From assembly GCA_035253365.1 (NCBI GenBank), contig DATFCE010000313.1, forward strand, positions 1 through 38,577: a stretch of 38,577 bases of DNA, in the 5' to 3' direction. Both the position numbers and the translations under genes were made by a program. The notes beneath the pieces are model-generated. The model saw nothing but the letters and a program-made list of their open reading frames with translations. It was not told the DNA's origin and did not search any database. The stretch comes from Nitrospiraceae bacterium (GTDB lineage Bacteria > Nitrospirota > Nitrospiria > Nitrospirales > Nitrospiraceae). This document shows, piece by piece, positions 35,324-38,577 of this stretch. Position 1 is the stretch's first letter; every line of letters begins with the position of its first letter.

Positions 35324-35362
35324 TTACCCTCCGTGGATAGAAGCCCGTGCCTTTTTTTTGGG

Positions 35363-35391
35363 ACTATAATCTTAGCTCACTAGACATTCAA
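35363..35391 (-). promoter_or_regulatory. sigma70-like promoter for the 35323..19833 operon
   Basis: Minus strand: -35 TTGAAT (35391-35386), 17-nt spacer, -10 TATAGT (35368-35363). Lies about 40 nt upstream of ATG 35323. Confidence 0.45.
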
Positions 35392-35484
35392 GGCCAAAAA
35401 ACGAGACGGAAAAGAGCGCGAGAATCCTCAAATTCAGCACAACATGAGCTGATAACGCAGATCAACTGTGATCCCTTGATTTTC

Positions 35485-35530
35485 TGGAGCCGGCGAGGGG
35501 AATCGAACCACCGAGCTGCGGTTTACGAAA
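35485..35530 (-). repeat. 46-nt copy of the 3' half of tRNA-Thr(CGT) (att-like direct repeat; not a functional tRNA)
   Basis: 44/46 identity to 38129..38174, same orientation, covering the CCA end through the anticodon loop. The upstream sequence has no D arm or 5' acceptor strand. Confidence 0.8.
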
Positions 35531-35660
35531 ACCAGACCACACTTCCGCACCAATTCCCGAATCTCATCCAAAAGCCGCCTGATTGCATAGAGCCAACTAG
35601 TGATTTGGCGATTTAGATCGTTGCATTGAATTGCACTGAGTGTGCATGGATTGCGGTGTG

Positions 35661-35679
35661 CTGGTTACGATTATGGTTA
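35661..35679. repeat. TGGTTAC x2 direct repeat, 12-bp period (candidate arm-type recombinase site)
   Basis: tggttacgattatggttac, about 130 bp inside the att-like repeat. Confidence 0.45.
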
Positions 35680-35714
35680 CAGTTTCAAGGCACCTGCGAG
35701 ATCAGCAAGGGGGG

Positions 35715-35770
35715 GGGAGGCTTGGGACGCCTCCCTGTAGAGCCGGTACGGGTGACCACCGGCGTGTTGG
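35715..35770. other. two-hairpin conserved motif, copy A
   Basis: GGAGGC-ttgggac-GCCTCC, ctgtaga, GCCGGT-acgggtgacc-ACCGGC, gtgttgga. Confidence 0.5.
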
Positions 35771-36062
35771 AGAGCCGCTAAAGTGCGAGATGTGAACCGC
35801 GTAACGAAACCTACCTTATCTCTGTTGCTTGCAGTTTAGGATGCTAACGACAGTTCTTGGTCGCGCACGACGGATGGTGAAGTACGGGGGGTGATAAAAG
35901 TGAAAGCAACTGGGTAATGATGTAAATCAATCAATCTCTAATCCTTGAGAGAAGGTAGACCGCTAGATCGCCTGTATAAGAGCCAGCCCAGCCCATAAAT
36001 TCCTCTTCTATAGGATCGAGAATGCCTTTTCTTCAGCCTGTGTAACGCCGTCGACACGACCC

Positions 36063-36254
36063 TTACCTCATTGTTTCAATTCGCACAAATGGCCCATGTA
36101 TCTCAACACGCTCGCCCATTGTTTCTGATACCTCTATATCAAACGTTTTAGCTACATGTTTTTCGTCGGGTCGTGTGTTTTCTGGTTCCCAACAAAACGG
36201 GTATAAGTCCACTTGTTCATTGTAGTGATGTACAGCAATCCAAAGCTGTTTCAT
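36063..36254 (-). CDS. small hypothetical protein (63 aa)
   Basis: SD AAGGAG lies 7 nt upstream of ATG 36254. The longer track ORF (to 36395) has no SD. Low-GC island cargo. Confidence 0.45.
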   Translation of the reverse strand: MKQLWIAVHHYNEQVDLYPFCWEPENTRPDEKHVAKTFDIEVSETMGERVEIHGPFVRIETMR

Positions 36255-36415
36255 GGTACGCTCCTTCGACTGAAAGCTTGTGAAATGATAAAACTCTGAT
36301 GCCAAATAATCGCCACAAAGCCTGCTGTATTTAAATCGACCTGTAGGCTTAGGACTTAGGTAGATTAATAAGCACAGTGGAACTGTTAGAGCCATAGGTA
36401 CCTTGTATCAAACCT

Positions 36416-36465
36416 TGGAAGCCTCTCTTCCATGTAGAGCCGTGACGGGTTACACGGCGTGTTGG
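36416..36465. other. two-hairpin conserved motif, copy B
   Basis: GGAAG-cctct-CTTCC, atgtaga, GCCGTG-acgggtta-CACGGC, gtgttgga. Both stems differ from copy A by compensatory changes. Confidence 0.5.
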
Positions 36466-36698
36466 ACACCTACCTGACTAGGTTCCGAGTGGTGCGAATA
36501 CTATGCATCTGAGCGGGGCGCTTATGGGTCGGGTGTAGAAGACCGTTGAGAAATGTTGGCGTGCCTCAGTAGAGCGGTCGGAGGGCGGCGACGTTTCACG
36601 ATAAAACGGGCCAGTCTCGCGAAGCTCCTATTCGCGATGCCAAGCGCAGTCAGCACTGTAAGAGTTCACATTATTACGGCAAGATAGGAACCTTGACT

Positions 36699-37496
36699 AT
36701 GCATCACATGTCCTCTCAAAGGTGTACGGAAGGTTCCAGCAACACGAGAGTGGTGTGGCACTCTAAATTACCGCGTTCTAGGCGGAGACAGAGCAGTCTA
36801 TTGCATCTTGCCGTCTTCACCTTGCTGTTGTTTGGATCCGCCTGTACCAATCGAGAATTAACGCGGACGCCGCGAACCGGAACCGAACAGCTGCTGCTAG
36901 GGCACGCTATTCAACAGAGCGTCAACAACCTTATGCTTCCATTTTCCTCCCCAGCGGCGATCGCCGTGGAGATTGTCAGCTTTACGGGTGATCGGCAGTG
37001 GCTACAACCGTCTTTCCTGGGAAACAGCCTCATGCTAAACACAAATAATTCCCCTATCAGCAATACGAGTTCGCCGACTGAGGGAACTCTTCCTACTGTA
37101 AGGCCTCACGGCTCGGATGTGGCTGTGCTGAAGACCTTGCTTGAGGGGCGCTTGGCGGAATTGGGATGTGCCGTAGTGGCCAGTCGTGAACAAGCCGACC
37201 TCTGGATACGGGTAGTCGTTTTTGCACTCGGCACAGACCAAGGTCAGAGCTTCTTTGGGATGCCGCCGGTCCAAAGCGTACTCATTCCCTTCGCGCTTCC
37301 TGCGCTTACACTCTACGAGGCGCAACGCCAAATCGGCTATGTCCGGTATCTCATGCAAGTGTATGATGCGCGCACCGGGAAACTGGTAAGTACCACTCCA
37401 TGGTATGAGGGAAAGGCATACTATAATCAGTACACTATTTTGTTCTTCATCAATTTCAGAGGCACGGACCTCATCATGGTCCCACCTCTTGAATAA
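36699..37496 (+). CDS. hypothetical exported protein / possible lipoprotein
   Basis: N-terminal RRRQSSLLHLAVFTLLLFGSAC signal-like segment. Low-GC island cargo. No family recognised. Confidence 0.55.
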   Translation: MHHMSSQRCTEGSSNTRVVWHSKLPRSRRRQSSLLHLAVFTLLLFGSACTNRELTRTPRTGTEQLLLGHAIQQSVNNLMLPFSSPAAIAVEIVSFTGDRQWLQPSFLGNSLMLNTNNSPISNTSSPTEGTLPTVRPHGSDVAVLKTLLEGRLAELGCAVVASREQADLWIRVVVFALGTDQGQSFFGMPPVQSVLIPFALPALTLYEAQRQIGYVRYLMQVYDARTGKLVSTTPWYEGKAYYNQYTILFFINFRGTDLIMVPPLE

Positions 37497-38039
37497 AGGA
37501 CTGAACGGTTCACGACTGGCTCGCAATTCCATTGCCCTTAAGATGAGAGGAAAGCCGAGATCGAGAAAGCGGGTCTAGACTTTCTAGAGGCGTGCCGACT
37601 TGGTGCGACGGAATTCTGTGTAGAATAGTCGGCAACTGCCTCAAGGACAATTAGCCGTCAGCCGATACCCCGCCGCTTCCGCTTCTCCAATGCTGGCAAA
37701 AGGCCACGATTGTCAGGGCTGATGTCATCGTAGTTTGGACACTCGGGGCGTTGGTAGATGCGACTTCGACGATTGCCATAGATAGAAAGGTTTGCTGAAG
37801 TCGTATCACCCTTCGGCACAGCCTGTGCTTTCGGCGAAATGGCGGCATTGAAATCCAATGAAGGCACATCGGACGAGCTAAGAGGTGACCTGCCTTTCGA
37901 AACCCTGTATGTCCAAGGCGGTATGGGGTGTGATTCAACCCACAACCACGCTTGGCTTCTCTGGCTTCTTTCTCTAGACGTTCTAGCGTAGTGCTGAGAA
38001 GGGGCGGCACAGTCTCGATGCGCTATATGAACGAGAAAA

Positions 38040-38060
38040 GGTTACACTTTCGGTTACACT
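38040..38060. repeat. GGTTACACT x2 direct repeat, 12-bp period (candidate arm-type recombinase site)
   Basis: ggttacactttcggttacact, about 70-90 bp from the tRNA-Thr 3' end. Same core, orientation and spacing as 35661..35679. Confidence 0.45.
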
Positions 38061-38128
38061 CGCTGAACCGCACGGGAAGCCTGCTCACGAGGAAACGACT
38101 GAACTTGTTGTAACGTCAGCGGGAAACA

Positions 38129-38204
38129 TGGAGCCGGCGAGTGGAATCGAACCACCGACCTGCGGTTTACGAAACCGCTGCTCTGCCAACTGAGCTACGC
38201 CGGC
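38129..38204 (-). tRNA. tRNA-Thr (anticodon CGT)
   Basis: 76 nt folded by hand on the minus strand. Acceptor GCCGGCG/CGCCGGC, D arm GCTC-AGTTGGCA-GAGC, anticodon arm GCGGT-TTCGTAA-ACCGC, T arm GGTGG-TTCGATT-CCACT, encoded CCA. Confidence 0.95.
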
Positions 38205-38277
38205 TACCGAGAGAAGGCATGATGAGGCGGGCCAACAATCGTGGGCATCATACCGATGACTCGTCCGACGTGTCAAC

Positions 38278-38577
38278 TTATCTGACACGACCAACCGCCA
38301 ACTGAGAGACCTTGTTCTTCGTACGCAGCGCGGGGATACAAGCCGGCTCTTGCGCATTGTCGAATTGTTCGTTGGCAACCCGCGTGACCTGTTCGCGGAC
38401 ATACCCGCACAATTCGCCGAGGACCACGATGCCATTGTCATCGGCATCGGCCGCGCCGCCTAATCCCTTCAGCAGGAAATAGGTGAACAATCCGTGGCGG
38501 CCCGCCTCGTATTGATGCGCTTCCTGCATGCCATTGATCCCGAGGATTTGCACGAGTTTGTCCTTGCGAAGAGTCCC
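38278..38577 (-). CDS. caspase-like (peptidase C14) protein, C-terminal part (5' end outside window)
   Basis: The frame is open to the window edge. GLFTYFLLKGLGGAADADDNGIVVLGELCGYVREQV resembles the conserved C-terminal segment of bacterial caspase-domain proteins. The catalytic His/Cys are not in the window. Confidence 0.5.
   Translation of the reverse strand, partial: GTLRKDKLVQILGINGMQEAHQYEAGRHGLFTYFLLKGLGGAADADDNGIVVLGELCGYVREQVTRVANEQFDNAQEPACIPALRTKNKVSQLAVGRVR

Larger units (their letters stand above)
35531..38128. mobile_element. putative degenerate or non-autonomous integrative element in tRNA-Thr (2598 bp, no integrase)
   Basis: Bounded by the intact tRNA-Thr and the 46-nt repeat of its 3' half. 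Lower GC: hand counts are 28/60 (line 36061) and 22/60 (line 36121) versus 39/60 (line 24061). Paired GGTTAC repeats lie near both ends. Confidence 0.5.

Noticed and set aside
35485-35560. Possible second, intact tRNA-Thr gene.
   Set aside because: Only the 3' 46 nt match. The upstream sequence provides no D arm, no 5' acceptor strand complementary to CGCCGGC, and a defective anticodon stem. It is interpreted as an att-type repeat.
35708-35716. G9 homopolymer as a phase-variation switch.
   Set aside because: It is intergenic, not within or at a defined spacing from any promoter or CDS I can support. It abuts hairpin 1 of motif copy A and may simply be part of that element.
37651-38010. Two overlapping minus-strand ORFs (119 aa and 95 aa) next to tRNA-Thr as an integrase or excisionase remnant. 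A weak HTPYRLGHTGF resembles the HxLRHT box.
   Set aside because: The similarity is too weak and short. No R..H..R..Y catalytic pattern can be traced in either frame, and I cannot decide which frame, if any, is coding. Left unannotated.

Overview
GC-rich bacterial chromosomal window: one hand-counted 60-nt line in the NRPS region is 39/60 GC. It contains one clearly lower-GC insert. The gene content resembles Nitrospirota-like autotrophs, but that taxonomy is inference only. Left to right: (1) The 3' part of a multi-subunit 2-oxoacid:ferredoxin oxidoreductase operon (alpha, beta, gamma, 2x[4Fe-4S] subunit; 2..2973) with an intrinsic terminator, then a small ORF and tRNA-Asn(GTT). (2) A lipoprotein PQQ-type sugar dehydrogenase and a c-type cytochrome lead into a complete six-gene ebo cluster split into two convergent halves: eboA-eboB-eboF (+, 6062..9154) and HD-domain gene-yjbQ-eboD-eboE-eboC (-, 13615..9168). 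(3) An accessory block: Sel1-repeat protein, beta-helix lipoprotein, SAM methyltransferase, VanZ and an Sfp-type PPTase. (4) A ~15.5-kb minus-strand operon (35323..19833): hypothetical protein, a protein built of 20-aa tandem repeats, a signal-less S8 subtilase, a type II thioesterase, NRPS (C-A-T, Val-like code), PKS (KS-AT-KR-T), NRPS (C-A core-GAMT-like methyltransferase), and a separate small protein carrying the missing A9/A10 motifs plus a PCP. (5) A ~2.6-kb low-GC, integrase-less insert bounded by intact tRNA-Thr(CGT) and a 46-nt copy of its 3' half. It carries paired GGTTAC repeats at both ends and two copies of a covarying two-hairpin motif. (6) The 3' end of a caspase-like gene running off the window. 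Most interesting: the split, GAMT-interrupted adenylation domain inside an orphan NRPS-PKS line with no loading or release domain; the co-transcribed repeat protein and S8 protease; the rearranged ebo cluster; and the miniature tRNA-Thr island with its structured motifs.
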